A stretch of DNA of 33,483 bases from a bacterium (GTDB lineage: Bacteria > Patescibacteriota > Patescibacteriia > UBA1558 > UBA10009), in contig JABHGM010000001.1 in the NCBI GenBank assembly GCA_018672055.1, forward strand, positions 573,494 through 606,976. Direction: 5' to 3'. Each line of letters starts with the position of its first letter. The first letter of the stretch is position 1. The notes under the pieces are model-generated. The model worked only from the letters and a program-made list of their open reading frames with translations. It was not told where the DNA came from and did no database searches. This document shows, piece after piece, positions 1 to 10,239 of the stretch. The position numbers and the translations under genes are program-made.

Positions 1-1
1 A

Positions 2-454
2 GGTGAATTAAATTTAACATTAAGTGATATAAATGGTGATGGTAGTAGCGAGATAGTTGTTAATTCGGGTCAAGAAGTTAAAATATTTACAAATAGTGGT
101 AAGTTAATTCATAAATTTAATATATCTGTAAATAATTTATCTAATGATGTTAGAGTTATAGCTTCCAATCTATATGGTGATATACGTAGTGAGTTTATAG
201 TAATAGCTGGTACTACTGATAAAGCTTTTGTAAATATATTTAGTACAACTGGTAACTTAGAATATAGTTGGCAGGCATTTAATGAGTTTGATTTACATGA
301 CTTAGATATAGCTGTGGGTAATTTTAACAAAGGACCAAATAAAGAAGTATTAGTTATTAATAAGAATCTATTAAGAGTATATAGTTTTAATGGTGAGTTG
401 CTAGATGAATTAGTTGTTGATTATAATAATCAAGGAGTAAATATTGTATATTAA
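2..454 (+). CDS. 5'-truncated protein, C-terminal part with FG-GAP/VCBS-like repeats (probable secreted/surface beta-propeller)
   Basis: Manually translated open frame from base 2 to TAA at 452-454: GELNLTLSDINGDGSSEIVVNSGQEVKIF...IASNLYGDIRSEFIV...IAVGNFNKGPNKEVLV; DINGDG..EIVV is the FG-GAP Ca-loop pattern. Not in the ORF track because it lacks a start. Confidence 0.75.
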   Translation, partial: GELNLTLSDINGDGSSEIVVNSGQEVKIFTNSGKLIHKFNISVNNLSNDVRVIASNLYGDIRSEFIVIAGTTDKAFVNIFSTTGNLEYSWQAFNEFDLHDLDIAVGNFNKGPNKEVLVINKNLLRVYSFNGELLDELVVDYNNQGVNIVY

Positions 455-460
455 AAAAAG

Positions 461-490
461 TTGCCAAATACTACATATTTAGGGTATAAT
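461..490 (+). promoter_or_regulatory. sigma70-type promoter for the glycan operon
   Basis: TTGCCA (461-466), 18-nt spacer, TATAAT (485-490), 14 nt before the ATG at 505. Confidence 0.7.
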
Positions 491-504
491 ATATTCTGAT
501 TTAT

Positions 505-1203
505 ATGGATTTAAGTATTATCATTCCAGTATATAATGAAGAGAAAGTTATTGAATCTACGCTTGTTGATATAGTAGATTTTTTAAAAAGTCTTCACTTT
601 GAATATGAGATTATTGTTGTTGATGATGGAAGTTTAGATAATACTAAAAAAATAGTTAATAGCTTGAATATTGATAACTTAACATTACTTGAACATAGTA
701 AAAATATGGGTAAAGGCTTGGCTGTTAAAGATGGTGTCTTATTTTCAAAAGGTGATTATATATTATTCATGGATGCTGATAGTTCTACGACTATTAATCA
801 TTTAACTAGTCTTATAACTAGTCTTAAATCAAATAATGCTCATATTGCAATTGCTTCTCGTGAACATAATGAATCGATAATTAAAACACGTCAAAGCACG
901 TACAAAGAAGCATTTGGTAGGTTTGGTAATTTATTTATGAATTACATACTAAAGCTCGATCTTAAAGATACTCAGTGTGGTTTTAAATTATTTAAGAAAG
1001 AAGTTAAAGAAATTTTTAAAAAGCAGACTTTAAATGGTTTTAGCTTCGATATGGAGCTATTGTACTTAGCTAAGAAGTTAAATTACAAAGTTATTGAAGT
1101 GCCAATTACTTGGTCAAATAATATTCATTCAAGTGTTAAGTTAAAAGATTATTTTAAAACAATATTAGATATATTTAAAATTAAATTTAAAAACTATGGG
1201 TAA
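505..1203 (+). CDS. GT2 polyprenol-phosphate glycosyltransferase (dolichyl-phosphate beta-glucosyltransferase-like)
   Basis: SIIIPVYNEE, VVDDGS, NMGKG, FMDAD, DTQCGFKLF, FDMEL motifs. Confidence 0.9.
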   Translation: MDLSIIIPVYNEEKVIESTLVDIVDFLKSLHFEYEIIVVDDGSLDNTKKIVNSLNIDNLTLLEHSKNMGKGLAVKDGVLFSKGDYILFMDADSSTTINHLTSLITSLKSNNAHIAIASREHNESIIKTRQSTYKEAFGRFGNLFMNYILKLDLKDTQCGFKLFKKEVKEIFKKQTLNGFSFDMELLYLAKKLNYKVIEVPITWSNNIHSSVKLKDYFKTILDIFKIKFKNYG

Positions 1204-2206
1204 GCAAAATAGTATATTAGTTTTTGGAGGAGCTGGTTTTGTAGGAAGTCATTTATGCGAAGAACTAGTTAAAAATAATCAGGTTATTTGTGTTGATAAT
1301 TTTAAAACATCTTCCATGGAAAATATTAGGTATTTATTACAAAATCCTAATTTTATTTTCATAAAACATGATATTAATGATCTACTTGATTTAAATACAC
1401 AGCCTGAACTTAAAAGATTTAATGTAGAAACTCAAGGTATTCAGGAAGTATACAATTTAGCATGTCCTACCAGCGCTAAGAATTTTGATGAATTTGTTAT
1501 TGATACTGTTTTATCTAATTCTCAAGGTGTTAAGAATATCCTAGACTTAGTATTAAAATATGATGCTAAGTTTTTACATTTATCATCTGCTGTTGTTTAT
1601 GGAGCTCGTTCCAAAAATAATGTTAAAGAAGAAGACAACGGGCAAGTTGATTTTTTAAGTCCACGTGCTTGTTATGATGAAGGTAAAAGATTTGCTGAAA
1701 CTTTAATTACTACATATAGTAATTTTCATAAAAAGAATTTTAAAATCGCACGTCTCTTTAGAACATATGGACCTCGTATGATGTTAAATGATGGTCAAAT
1801 GATGCCTGATTTTATGTTAGATGCTTTAGAAAATAGAGATTTAGTAATATATGGTGATAAGAAATTTGAAACTTCTTTACTATATATTGATGACGCTATT
1901 GCTGGTTTAACTAAATTTATGGATTCTGATCTTTCCGGTGCTTTAAATATCGGTAATCATGAATCAATAACTTTAAATAAAGTTGCTGAGATGATTATTA
2001 GTAAAGCAGATTCTAGTTCTAAGATTGTATTTAAATCACCCCTAATGTTTATGACTCCTTTATCATTACCAGATATTTCTAAAGCTAAGAATGAATTAGA
2101 TTGGTTTGCTTTAACTAAATTAGAAGATGGAATAAATAAGACATTAGATTATACTAGAGCTAATAAACAATTATTAAGTACTCAATATCAAGAATCATTA
2201 AAATAA
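1196..2206 (+). CDS. UDP-glucuronate decarboxylase-like extended SDR with altered active site
   Basis: [22 protein letters not shown] and TYGPRM are kept, but STSEVYG is replaced by SSAVVYG. Confidence 0.85.
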   Translation: MGKQNSILVFGGAGFVGSHLCEELVKNNQVICVDNFKTSSMENIRYLLQNPNFIFIKHDINDLLDLNTQPELKRFNVETQGIQEVYNLACPTSAKNFDEFVIDTVLSNSQGVKNILDLVLKYDAKFLHLSSAVVYGARSKNNVKEEDNGQVDFLSPRACYDEGKRFAETLITTYSNFHKKNFKIARLFRTYGPRMMLNDGQMMPDFMLDALENRDLVIYGDKKFETSLLYIDDAIAGLTKFMDSDLSGALNIGNHESITLNKVAEMIISKADSSSKIVFKSPLMFMTPLSLPDISKAKNELDWFALTKLEDGINKTLDYTRANKQLLSTQYQESLK

Positions 2207-2214
2207 ATAAAATT

Positions 2215-3363
2215 ATGAACAAATACATTTTTACTTCAGAATCAGTTACTGAAGGACATCCAGATAAAGTATGTGATCAGATTTCTGACGCTATTTTAGA
2301 TGAATTAATTAAGCAAGATCCAGAATCAAGAGCTGGAATTGAAACTCTTGTTACTACAGGTTTAGTAGTTATTGCTGGGGAAATTAGAACTAAAGGTTAT
2401 GTTGATGTTGCAGACATCGCAAGATCTGTCATAAATGACATTGGTTATGATAATGGTAACATTGGATTTTCTGGTGATGACGTTGGAGTTATTGTAGCTA
2501 TTGATGAACAGTCTCCAGATATATCTCAGGGCGTTGATTCGGGTAAAGGTAAATTTAAAGAGCAAGGTGCTGGTGATCAGGGTTTAATGTTTGGTTATGC
2601 ATGTCGTGAAACTAGAGAGCTAATGCCATTACCAATTAGCTTAGCTCATAAAATGAGTAAGAAGTTATCTACTGTAAGAAAGAATAAGAAATTACCATAT
2701 CTTAGACCTGATGGTAAAACAGAACTTGCTATAGAATACGTAGATGGTAAGCCTAAACGTATTGATACAGTAGTAATTGCAGCTCAACATGATGAAAATG
2801 TAAGTGGTAAGAAATTAGAGCGTGATATTATTAAACATGTTATAAAACCTGTAGCTGGAAAATACTTGGATAAAAAAACTAAAATATTTGTTAATGCTAC
2901 CGGTAAATTTGTTAAAGGTGGTCCGCCTGCTGATGCTGGACTTACTGGACGTAAAATTATCGTAGATACTTATGGTGGACAAGGACGTCATGGTGGTGGT
3001 TGTTTTTCTGGTAAAGATCCTTCTAAAGTAGATAGAAGTGCTTCATATATGGCTAGATATATTGCTAAGAATATTGTGGCTTCTAATTTAGCTTCAAAAT
3101 GTGAAGTTCAACTCTCCTATGTTATAGGTCGTGCTTTACCTGTTAGTGTTATGATAGAAACTTTTAATACTGGTAAGGTTAGTGATGAAAAATTAGAGAA
3201 AATTGTTAGAAAACATTTTCCATTAAAGCCAGCTGATATTGTAAGACACTTGAAGTTAAAGCGTCCTGTATATAGAGACACTGCTGCCTATGGACATTTT
3301 GGAAGAAATGGCTTTAGTTGGGAAAATACAGATAAAGTTAAAGCGCTTAAAAAATATTTATGA
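2215..3363 (+). CDS. metK: S-adenosylmethionine synthetase
   Basis: [62 protein letters not shown]. Confidence 0.98.
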   Translation: MNKYIFTSESVTEGHPDKVCDQISDAILDELIKQDPESRAGIETLVTTGLVVIAGEIRTKGYVDVADIARSVINDIGYDNGNIGFSGDDVGVIVAIDEQSPDISQGVDSGKGKFKEQGAGDQGLMFGYACRETRELMPLPISLAHKMSKKLSTVRKNKKLPYLRPDGKTELAIEYVDGKPKRIDTVVIAAQHDENVSGKKLERDIIKHVIKPVAGKYLDKKTKIFVNATGKFVKGGPPADAGLTGRKIIVDTYGGQGRHGGGCFSGKDPSKVDRSASYMARYIAKNIVASNLASKCEVQLSYVIGRALPVSVMIETFNTGKVSDEKLEKIVRKHFPLKPADIVRHLKLKRPVYRDTAAYGHFGRNGFSWENTDKVKALKKYL

Positions 3364-4268
3364 AAATTTTAGTTACGGGTGGAGCTGGTTTTATTGGTTC
3401 ACACTTAGTAGACAAATTAATAGCTAAGAAACATAAAGTTATTGTAATTGATAACCTGACTACAGGTTACCAGAAGTTTGTTAATCCCAAAGCTAAATTT
3501 ATTAAAATTGATACTCGTAGTAAAAAACTACTTGAGGTTTTTAAGAAAGAGAGGCCTCAAGTAGTTTTTCATTTAGCTGCTCAAAAGAGCGTACCATTTT
3601 CTTTAAAAAATCCAGCACTTGATGCAGATATTAATATAAATGGTTCATTAAATGTAATTGATGCTTCTTTGAGTGTTAAAGTAAAGAAATTTATTTTTAT
3701 TTCTACAGGTGGTGCTATTTACGGAGAAACTAAAGATTTGCCAACTCCAGAAACTGCTAAGGAAAAACCAGATTCACCTTATGGTAATGCTAAATTAACA
3801 ATTGATAACTATTTTAAAAATTATTACTTACCAGTTCGTAAATTAAATTACGTATCACTTCGTTTAGCTAATGTTTATGGTCCGCGTCAAGATCCTTATG
3901 GTGAAGCAGGAGTTATCGCTATATTTATCTCAAATCTATTAAATAACAAGCAATCATATATAAATGGTACTGGTAAACAAACTCGTGATTTTATTTATGT
4001 AGATGATGTAGTAAATGCTTGTATTAAATCCATTAGTAAAGGTAAGGGGATATATAATATAGGGACTAGTAAAGAGATTTCAATTAGTAAGCTATATTCT
4101 AACATCTCTAAGTTAATAAATGAAAAAAAAGTAAAATATAAGAAAGCTATACCAGGTGAAGTAATAAGAAGTGTTTTAAAGTGTCAGAAAGCTAAGAGAG
4201 AATTAAATTGGAAGTCTCAAGTAACTTTAGAACAAGGCATAAAAAAAACTATTAACTATTTTAAATAA
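3360..4268 (+). CDS. NAD-dependent UDP-sugar 4-epimerase family SDR
   Basis: [34 protein letters not shown] (YxxxK), [16 protein letters not shown]. Confidence 0.9.
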   Translation: MKILVTGGAGFIGSHLVDKLIAKKHKVIVIDNLTTGYQKFVNPKAKFIKIDTRSKKLLEVFKKERPQVVFHLAAQKSVPFSLKNPALDADININGSLNVIDASLSVKVKKFIFISTGGAIYGETKDLPTPETAKEKPDSPYGNAKLTIDNYFKNYYLPVRKLNYVSLRLANVYGPRQDPYGEAGVIAIFISNLLNNKQSYINGTGKQTRDFIYVDDVVNACIKSISKGKGIYNIGTSKEISISKLYSNISKLINEKKVKYKKAIPGEVIRSVLKCQKAKRELNWKSQVTLEQGIKKTINYFK

Positions 4269-4271
4269 CAT

Positions 4272-5210
4272 ATGAATATACTAGTAACTGGAGGCGCCGG
4301 TTTTATAGGATCACATTTATGTGACCATTTAATAAAAGAAGGACATGTAGTAACATGTCTTGATAATTTATTAACTGGCTCTAAAGAGAATATAGAACAT
4401 TTATTAAATAATGATAATTTTAAATTTGTTGAACATGATATAACTAATGAATATGATAATGGACCATTTGATCAAATATATAATTTAGCATGTCCTGCAT
4501 CACCAATTCATTATGTTAAAGAACCGATGGAAACGATTAGAACCAATGTAATTGGTATGGACAATATGTTAAAGTTAGCTTTAAAACATAAAGCAAAAAT
4601 ATTACAAACATCTACCTCAGAAGTATATGGAGATCCTCAAGTTCATCCGCAACCAGAAACATATTGGGGCCATGTTAATCCAATTGGACCTCGTTCATGT
4701 TACGATGAAGGAAAAAGATGTGCTGAAACTCTTTGCTATGACTATCATAAAAAATATAATCTTGATGTTAAAGTCGTCAGGATTTTTAATACTTACGGAC
4801 CTCGTATGCAATATAATGATGGTAGAGCATTACCTAACTTTGTAAAACAATCTTTACTTAATGAATCACTTACTATTGCTGGTGATGGTAGTACTACCAG
4901 AGCTTTTAGTTATGTTTCTGATTTAATACGTGGTTTAACTACAATGATGAATAAAGATAACTATTTTGGTCCAGTTAATTTAGGTAATCCTGATACTGAG
5001 TTATCTATGAAGGAACTTGCTAAAAAAATAATTAAATTAACCAGCTCTAAAAGCGAGATAACATATTATCCCTTACCTAAAGATGATCCAATTAAAAGAA
5101 GACCAGATATATCCGTGGCTAAGAAAGAACTAAATTGGCAACCTGAAATAAGCATAGAAGATGGTTTAAACAATACCATTGAATATTTTAAGAAGAAATT
5201 AAACATTTAA
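4272..5210 (+). CDS. uxs: UDP-glucuronate decarboxylase (UDP-xylose synthase)
   Basis: NLACPASPIHY, STSEVYGDP..HPQPETYWGHVNPIGPRSCYDEGKR, RIFNTYGPRM, DDPIKRRPDI. Confidence 0.92.
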   Translation: MNILVTGGAGFIGSHLCDHLIKEGHVVTCLDNLLTGSKENIEHLLNNDNFKFVEHDITNEYDNGPFDQIYNLACPASPIHYVKEPMETIRTNVIGMDNMLKLALKHKAKILQTSTSEVYGDPQVHPQPETYWGHVNPIGPRSCYDEGKRCAETLCYDYHKKYNLDVKVVRIFNTYGPRMQYNDGRALPNFVKQSLLNESLTIAGDGSTTRAFSYVSDLIRGLTTMMNKDNYFGPVNLGNPDTELSMKELAKKIIKLTSSKSEITYYPLPKDDPIKRRPDISVAKKELNWQPEISIEDGLNNTIEYFKKKLNI

Positions 5211-5211
5211 A

Positions 5212-6351
5212 ATGAGTAAAAGAATTTTAATTTATTCTACTGCATATTATCCATTTGTTGGAGGTGCAGAAATCGCTATTAAAGAAATAACTGATCGTTT
5301 AGAAGATTTTGAATTTGTTATGATAACTGCTCAGTTAGATAGTAAATTATCAAAAGTTGAAAAGATAGGTAATATTGAAGTACATAGAATAAGTTGTTTT
5401 TTACCAAGCTCTAAGCTAGCTAAATTTAAGTTAGCTTTCAAAGGCCATAAACTAGGTTTAAAATTACACAAAGAGAAGCCTTTTGATATAGTTTGGTCTA
5501 TGATGGCTTCGTATAGTGGTTTTGCGGCTTTAAAGTTTAAATTAAAGAGTAATCTTAAATATTTACTAACTTTGCAAGAAGGAGATCCTATTGAAGAGAT
5601 TTTAGAAAAAGTAAGATTTAGAAAAAAAACATTTAGCAATATATTTAAAAAAGCTGATGGTTTACAATCAATAAGTAATTATTTACATGCCTGGGGTAAT
5701 AAGATGGGATTTAAAGGTAGTCAGAGCGAAGTAATACCAAATGGTGTAGATATTAGTAAATTTACTAAAAAATATTCTAAAGAAGAAATACAAAGTAAAA
5801 GAAATTCATTTGGTTTTCCAGATAATTCTAAAATTGTAGTTACAGCATCTAGGCTCGTTAAAAAAAATGGTGTAGCTGATGTAATAAGAGCACTGGATAA
5901 ATTACCTGAAGAATATTGTTTTTTAATATGTGGTGATGGTGAGTTAGAGAATGAATTAAAAAGTTTAAGTAAAGATTTAAAAAAACGTGTTAAGTTTTTA
6001 GGCTTTGTATCACATGATGAGTTACCACTTATATACAAAGCAGCGGATATTTTTATACGTCCTTCTTTAACTGAAGGACTTGGCAATTCATTTTTAGAAG
6101 CTATGGCTTCAGGATTACCTACAATTGGAACTTTGGTTGGGGGTATTCCTGATTTTTTGGAAGATGGTAAGACTGGTATAGTTTGTCAGCCTGGAGATAT
6201 AGATTCAATAGTTAAAGCTATTACCAGAGCAAGTAAATTATCTGATGATGAAAAAAAAGAATTACATAGTAATTCAATGAAATTAGTTAATGAAACTTTT
6301 AATTGGGATAGTGTTGCAAATAGAATGGAACATTTATTTAAAATATTATGA
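5212..6351 (+). CDS. GT4 glycosyltransferase
   Basis: YPFVGGAE, IPNGVD, SRLVKKNG, EGLGNSFLEAMASGLP (ExxxxxxxE). Confidence 0.9.
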   Translation: MSKRILIYSTAYYPFVGGAEIAIKEITDRLEDFEFVMITAQLDSKLSKVEKIGNIEVHRISCFLPSSKLAKFKLAFKGHKLGLKLHKEKPFDIVWSMMASYSGFAALKFKLKSNLKYLLTLQEGDPIEEILEKVRFRKKTFSNIFKKADGLQSISNYLHAWGNKMGFKGSQSEVIPNGVDISKFTKKYSKEEIQSKRNSFGFPDNSKIVVTASRLVKKNGVADVIRALDKLPEEYCFLICGDGELENELKSLSKDLKKRVKFLGFVSHDELPLIYKAADIFIRPSLTEGLGNSFLEAMASGLPTIGTLVGGIPDFLEDGKTGIVCQPGDIDSIVKAITRASKLSDDEKKELHSNSMKLVNETFNWDSVANRMEHLFKIL

Positions 6352-6875
6352 AAAAGGTAATTATTGCATCTAAAAACCCAGTTAAAATGAAGGCCACAAA
6401 AATTGGTTTTGAAAAAATATTTCCTAATGAAGAATTTGAATATGATAGTATTGCAACTCCTGATGTATCTGAACAACCTGTTAGTTCTAAAGAAACAATG
6501 AATAATGCTTTAAGCAGAGTAAATAGTGCTGAAGAAAGTTTTCAAAATGCTGATTATTGGGTAGGTATTGATGGAGGTATAGAAAGAATGGGTCAAGAGA
6601 TGGAATTATTTGCATGGATTATTATTAAATCTAAAGATTTAGTTGGTAAATCTAAAACAGGTACATTTTTTTTACCTAAAGAAGTTATAAAATACATTGA
6701 TGATGGTAAAGAACTAGGTGAAGCAACAGATATTGTTTTTAAACAAAATAATTCAAAGCAAAATAGTGCTACGGTTGGTATTTTAACAAATGATATAATC
6801 GATAGAACTAAATATTATACTGAAGCTATTATTTTAGCTTTAATACCATTTAAGAATAAAAATTTAAAATTTTAA
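6348..6875 (+). CDS. yjjX: inosine/xanthosine triphosphatase (non-canonical purine NTPase) family
   Basis: IASKNPVK, VSEQP, ADYWVGIDGGI, GKELGEA, GILT...DRT..Y. Confidence 0.85.
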   Translation: MKKVIIASKNPVKMKATKIGFEKIFPNEEFEYDSIATPDVSEQPVSSKETMNNALSRVNSAEESFQNADYWVGIDGGIERMGQEMELFAWIIIKSKDLVGKSKTGTFFLPKEVIKYIDDGKELGEATDIVFKQNNSKQNSATVGILTNDIIDRTKYYTEAIILALIPFKNKNLKF

Positions 6876-6892
6876 ATAAATTTGAATAATTT

Positions 6893-8176
6893 ATGAAAAT
6901 ATCAATAATAGGCACAGGTTACGTAGGATTAGTTTCAGCTGTAGGACTAGCTGAACTGGGTCACGAAATCTGGGGTGTAAATAGATCACCTGAAAAAATA
7001 GAGAAATTAAAAAAAGGTCAACAAATATTTTATGAACCTGGTCTTTCTAAATTACTTAAAAAGAATTTAAAGAAAAATAGATTGCACTTTGGTACAGATC
7101 TAGAAGAAGCTATAAATAATACAGATTATGTTTTTATTTGTGTTGGTACGCCTCCTAAAAAAGATGGTGGAGCAGATTTATCAGCTGTTAAAACTGTAGC
7201 TAAACAAATTGCTAAAGTTGCTAAAAGAAATTTAATAGTTATTGATAAAAGTACAGTACCTATTGGTACAGCTAGAATGGTACAAAGTATATTGAATAAG
7301 AATAAACATAAGTTTGAAGTTGTAAGTAGCCCTGAATTTTTAAGAGAAGGTAAAGCAGTTGAAGATTTTTTTCATGGTGATAGATTATTAATAGGTGCAG
7401 ATAATAAGCAAACTGCTAAAAAAGTAGCAAATATATATAGTAAGCTTAAAACACATAAAATGATTACCGATTTAGAAACAGCTGAACTTACTAAATACGC
7501 TTCTAATGCATTTTTAGCAACTAAAATATCTTTTATTAATGAAATTGCTAACCTATGTGAAAAAGTAGGGGCTAATGTAGAAGAAGTAGCTTATGGCATG
7601 GGCTTAGATAGGAGAATAAATCAATATTTTTTAAATGCAGGCATTGGTTACGGTGGTAGTTGCTTCCCCAAAGATGTTAAAGCTTTAAATCATATTTCAA
7701 AAGTTAATGGTTTTGATTTTAAAATATTAAAAGCTGTTTTAGATGTAAATGAGAGACAAAGAAAATTAGTATATAATAAAGCAAAAAAAGAACTAGGTTC
7801 ACTAAAAGGTAAAACAGTTACTATACTAGGACTAGCTTTTAAAGATAATACAGATGATATACGTGAATCACCGGCTATTGATTTAATTAAATGGTTTAGT
7901 AAAGCAGGATCCAAAGTAAAAGCATATGATAGGGAAGCACAAGAGAATTCTAAAATGCTTTTAAAGGATAAAGCTACTTGGTCTAAAAATCCATATGATG
8001 CTTGTAAAAATAGTCAGTTAGTTATTATTGCTACTGAGTGGCCTAGCTTTAAGAATCTAGATTGGGCTAAGATAAAAAGAAGCATGAAGAAAAAAGTAAT
8101 AATAGATGGTAAGAATTTATTAAGTAGAGATAAAATGGAAAAGTTAGGTTTTAAATATATAGGCGTAGGTAAATAA
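6893..8176 (+). CDS. ugd: UDP-glucose 6-dehydrogenase
   Basis: IGTGYVGL, VGTP, KSTVP, PEFLREG, GYGGSCFPKD, LAFKDNTDDIRESP. Confidence 0.95.
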   Translation: MKISIIGTGYVGLVSAVGLAELGHEIWGVNRSPEKIEKLKKGQQIFYEPGLSKLLKKNLKKNRLHFGTDLEEAINNTDYVFICVGTPPKKDGGADLSAVKTVAKQIAKVAKRNLIVIDKSTVPIGTARMVQSILNKNKHKFEVVSSPEFLREGKAVEDFFHGDRLLIGADNKQTAKKVANIYSKLKTHKMITDLETAELTKYASNAFLATKISFINEIANLCEKVGANVEEVAYGMGLDRRINQYFLNAGIGYGGSCFPKDVKALNHISKVNGFDFKILKAVLDVNERQRKLVYNKAKKELGSLKGKTVTILGLAFKDNTDDIRESPAIDLIKWFSKAGSKVKAYDREAQENSKMLLKDKATWSKNPYDACKNSQLVIIATEWPSFKNLDWAKIKRSMKKKVIIDGKNLLSRDKMEKLGFKYIGVGK

Positions 8177-8179
8177 TAT

Positions 8180-8839
8180 ATGAAGACATTCATTATAATT
8201 CCATGTCTTAATGAATCAGAAAATATTGTTAAAGTGATTAATTCTGTTAAAGAGTATGGTCAAGTAGTAATTGTTGATGATTGTTCAATAGATAATAGTT
8301 ATGAACTTGCTTTAAATCAAGGTATAGTTGTTTTAAAACATTACATTAATCGCGGACAAGGAGCATCTTTAGAAACAGGTGATAGATATGCTTTAAAACA
8401 TGGAGCTGACATTGTAATTCATTTTGATTCTGATGGTCAGCATAATAGTTTAGAGATTCCTAAATTGATTGAACCATTACTTTTAGGTAAAGTAGACATA
8501 GTACTTGGTTCTAGATTTTTAAACAGTACTGATAGTACACCGTTTATTAAAAAGTATTTTATTTTAAAACCAGCTATATTATTTCAAAATATATTACTTG
8601 GTTTAAATTTAACAGATACTCATAATGGTTTTAGAGCTTTAAATAGAAACGCTTTAAGTAAAATGCATATTAAACAAGATGGTATGGCTCATGCTACGGA
8701 AATAGTTAGTTTAATTAAAGAACATGATTTAAAATATGTTGAAGTTCCAGTAACTGTTAGTTATAATGAATTTGGGCAGGGCTTTATAGGTGGACTTCAA
8801 ATATTAAAAGATTTATTATTTAGTAAATTAAATAAATAG
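8180..8839 (+). CDS. GT2 polyprenol-phosphate sugar synthase (DPM1/GacI/PpgS-like)
   Basis: IIPCLNE, VDDCS, NRGQGA, FDSDGQH, GSRFL, DTHNGFRA; directly followed by a DUF2304-like gene. Confidence 0.88.
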   Translation: MKTFIIIPCLNESENIVKVINSVKEYGQVVIVDDCSIDNSYELALNQGIVVLKHYINRGQGASLETGDRYALKHGADIVIHFDSDGQHNSLEIPKLIEPLLLGKVDIVLGSRFLNSTDSTPFIKKYFILKPAILFQNILLGLNLTDTHNGFRALNRNALSKMHIKQDGMAHATEIVSLIKEHDLKYVEVPVTVSYNEFGQGFIGGLQILKDLLFSKLNK

Positions 8840-8840
8840 T

Positions 8841-9185
8841 ATGAATTATTTACCACTACAAATTATTGTTACTGTATTTTCCTTACTTGTAATATATAGG
8901 TTAATTAAAAAGTTTAAGGATAAAACATTAAAAATTGGTGAGTTTATTACTTGGTTTTTAATATGGCTTGGTGTTTTAGTAGTATTTTGGGTACCACAAA
9001 CTACATCATATTTTGCTTTTTTCTTAGGTATAGGCAGGGGAGTAGATTTAGCTGTTTATGTTGCTGTACTTTTAATATTTTATTTAATTTTTAGACTATA
9101 CTTAAAAGCTGATAAACAACAAAAAGAAATTACTAAATTAGTTAGGCATTTAGCCTTAAATGAGAGAGAAGAGGATAATGAATAA
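8841..9185 (+). CDS. DUF2304-family small membrane protein (GacJ/Rv3632-like)
   Basis: Three hydrophobic segments, LGIGRGVDL motif, C-terminal EITKLVRHLAL. Confidence 0.85.
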   Translation: MNYLPLQIIVTVFSLLVIYRLIKKFKDKTLKIGEFITWFLIWLGVLVVFWVPQTTSYFAFFLGIGRGVDLAVYVAVLLIFYLIFRLYLKADKQQKEITKLVRHLALNEREEDNE

Positions 9186-9188
9186 ATT

Positions 9189-10235
9189 ATGAAAAGAGTC
9201 GCTGTTATTATATTAAACTACAATGGTAAAAAGTATCTCCCTCCACTTATGGGGAGTCTTTTTAGCTACTTACCTAAAAACGTAGAACAAGAGATTATTA
9301 TTGTAGATAATAATTCAAGTGATGATTCCATTGAATATGTTAAAAGTAATTATCCGCAAGTTAAATTAATTTTAAATAATGAAAACCTTGGTTTCGCAGC
9401 TGGTAATAACGTTGGTATGAAATATGCAATCGAAAATAATTTTGATTATATCATGCTTTTAAATCAAGATACTCAAGTAACTGAAGGTTATTTAGATAAA
9501 TTAGTTGAGGAAATAGCCAGTGATGAAAAAATAAGTGCAGTACAACCTAAAATATTACTTTACCCAGAGACAGATAAAGTAAATAGTTTAGGGAATGTAA
9601 TTCATTATCTAGGCTTTGGTTATACCTTTGGTCATAAAGAGTTAGATAAAAAGTCATTATTTAAAAGCAGAAATATTAATTATTGTAGTGGTGCTGCTTG
9701 TTTATACAAAGTATCTGTTTTAAAAAAAGTAGGTTTGTTTTATGATGAACTATTTATGTATCACGAAGATTTAGATCTTGGTTGGCGTATGAAGTTACTT
9801 GGCTATAATAATATAGTAGCTAAAACTAGTGTTGTTTATCATAGTTATGAATTTTCAAGAAGTATTAAAAAATATTATTATATGGAACGAAATAGATTTA
9901 TTGTTATGTTTCAGAATTACAAACTAGGTACAATATTATTAATTTTGCCTGTTTTAGTTATAATGGAAATGGGACTATTACTTTTTTCTTTAAGTAATGG
10001 TTTTTTTAAAGAGAAGCTTAGAGTATATAAATATTTTTTAAAGAGAGAAAGTTGGCAGAAATTAAATAAAAAAAGAATTGAAGTACAAAGTAATAGAATA
10101 TTAAATGATCAGCAAGTTGTTAAAAGATTTTCTGGTGAAATATTACATCAGGAAGTAAAAAGTAACTTATTAAATTTTATAAATCCCTTATTTGATTTAT
10201 ATTGGCAAGTAGTTAAAAGATTAATAATTTGGTAA
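9189..10235 (+). CDS. GT2 glycosyltransferase (rhamnosyltransferase-like subfamily)
   Basis: IILNYNG, VDNNSSD, NLGFAAGNN, LLNQD, SGAA, FMYHEDLDLGWR. Confidence 0.9.
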   Translation: MKRVAVIILNYNGKKYLPPLMGSLFSYLPKNVEQEIIIVDNNSSDDSIEYVKSNYPQVKLILNNENLGFAAGNNVGMKYAIENNFDYIMLLNQDTQVTEGYLDKLVEEIASDEKISAVQPKILLYPETDKVNSLGNVIHYLGFGYTFGHKELDKKSLFKSRNINYCSGAACLYKVSVLKKVGLFYDELFMYHEDLDLGWRMKLLGYNNIVAKTSVVYHSYEFSRSIKKYYYMERNRFIVMFQNYKLGTILLILPVLVIMEMGLLLFSLSNGFFKEKLRVYKYFLKRESWQKLNKKRIEVQSNRILNDQQVVKRFSGEILHQEVKSNLLNFINPLFDLYWQVVKRLIIW

Positions 10236-10239
10236 TTAT

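Noticed and set aside
109-330. 73-aa minus-strand ORF
   Set aside because: Antisense shadow of the FG-GAP-like plus-strand frame 2-454
803-826. 12-bp tandem duplication taactagtctta x2 in the first GT2 gene
   Set aside because: Only two in-frame units (LTSLITSL); no evidence of a functional variable repeat
2362-7914. Short ORFs 2362-2565, 4627-4845, 5331-5639, 5721-6086, 6186-6476, 7690-7914
   Set aside because: Overlap well-supported enzyme genes in antisense or an alternative frame; no motifs
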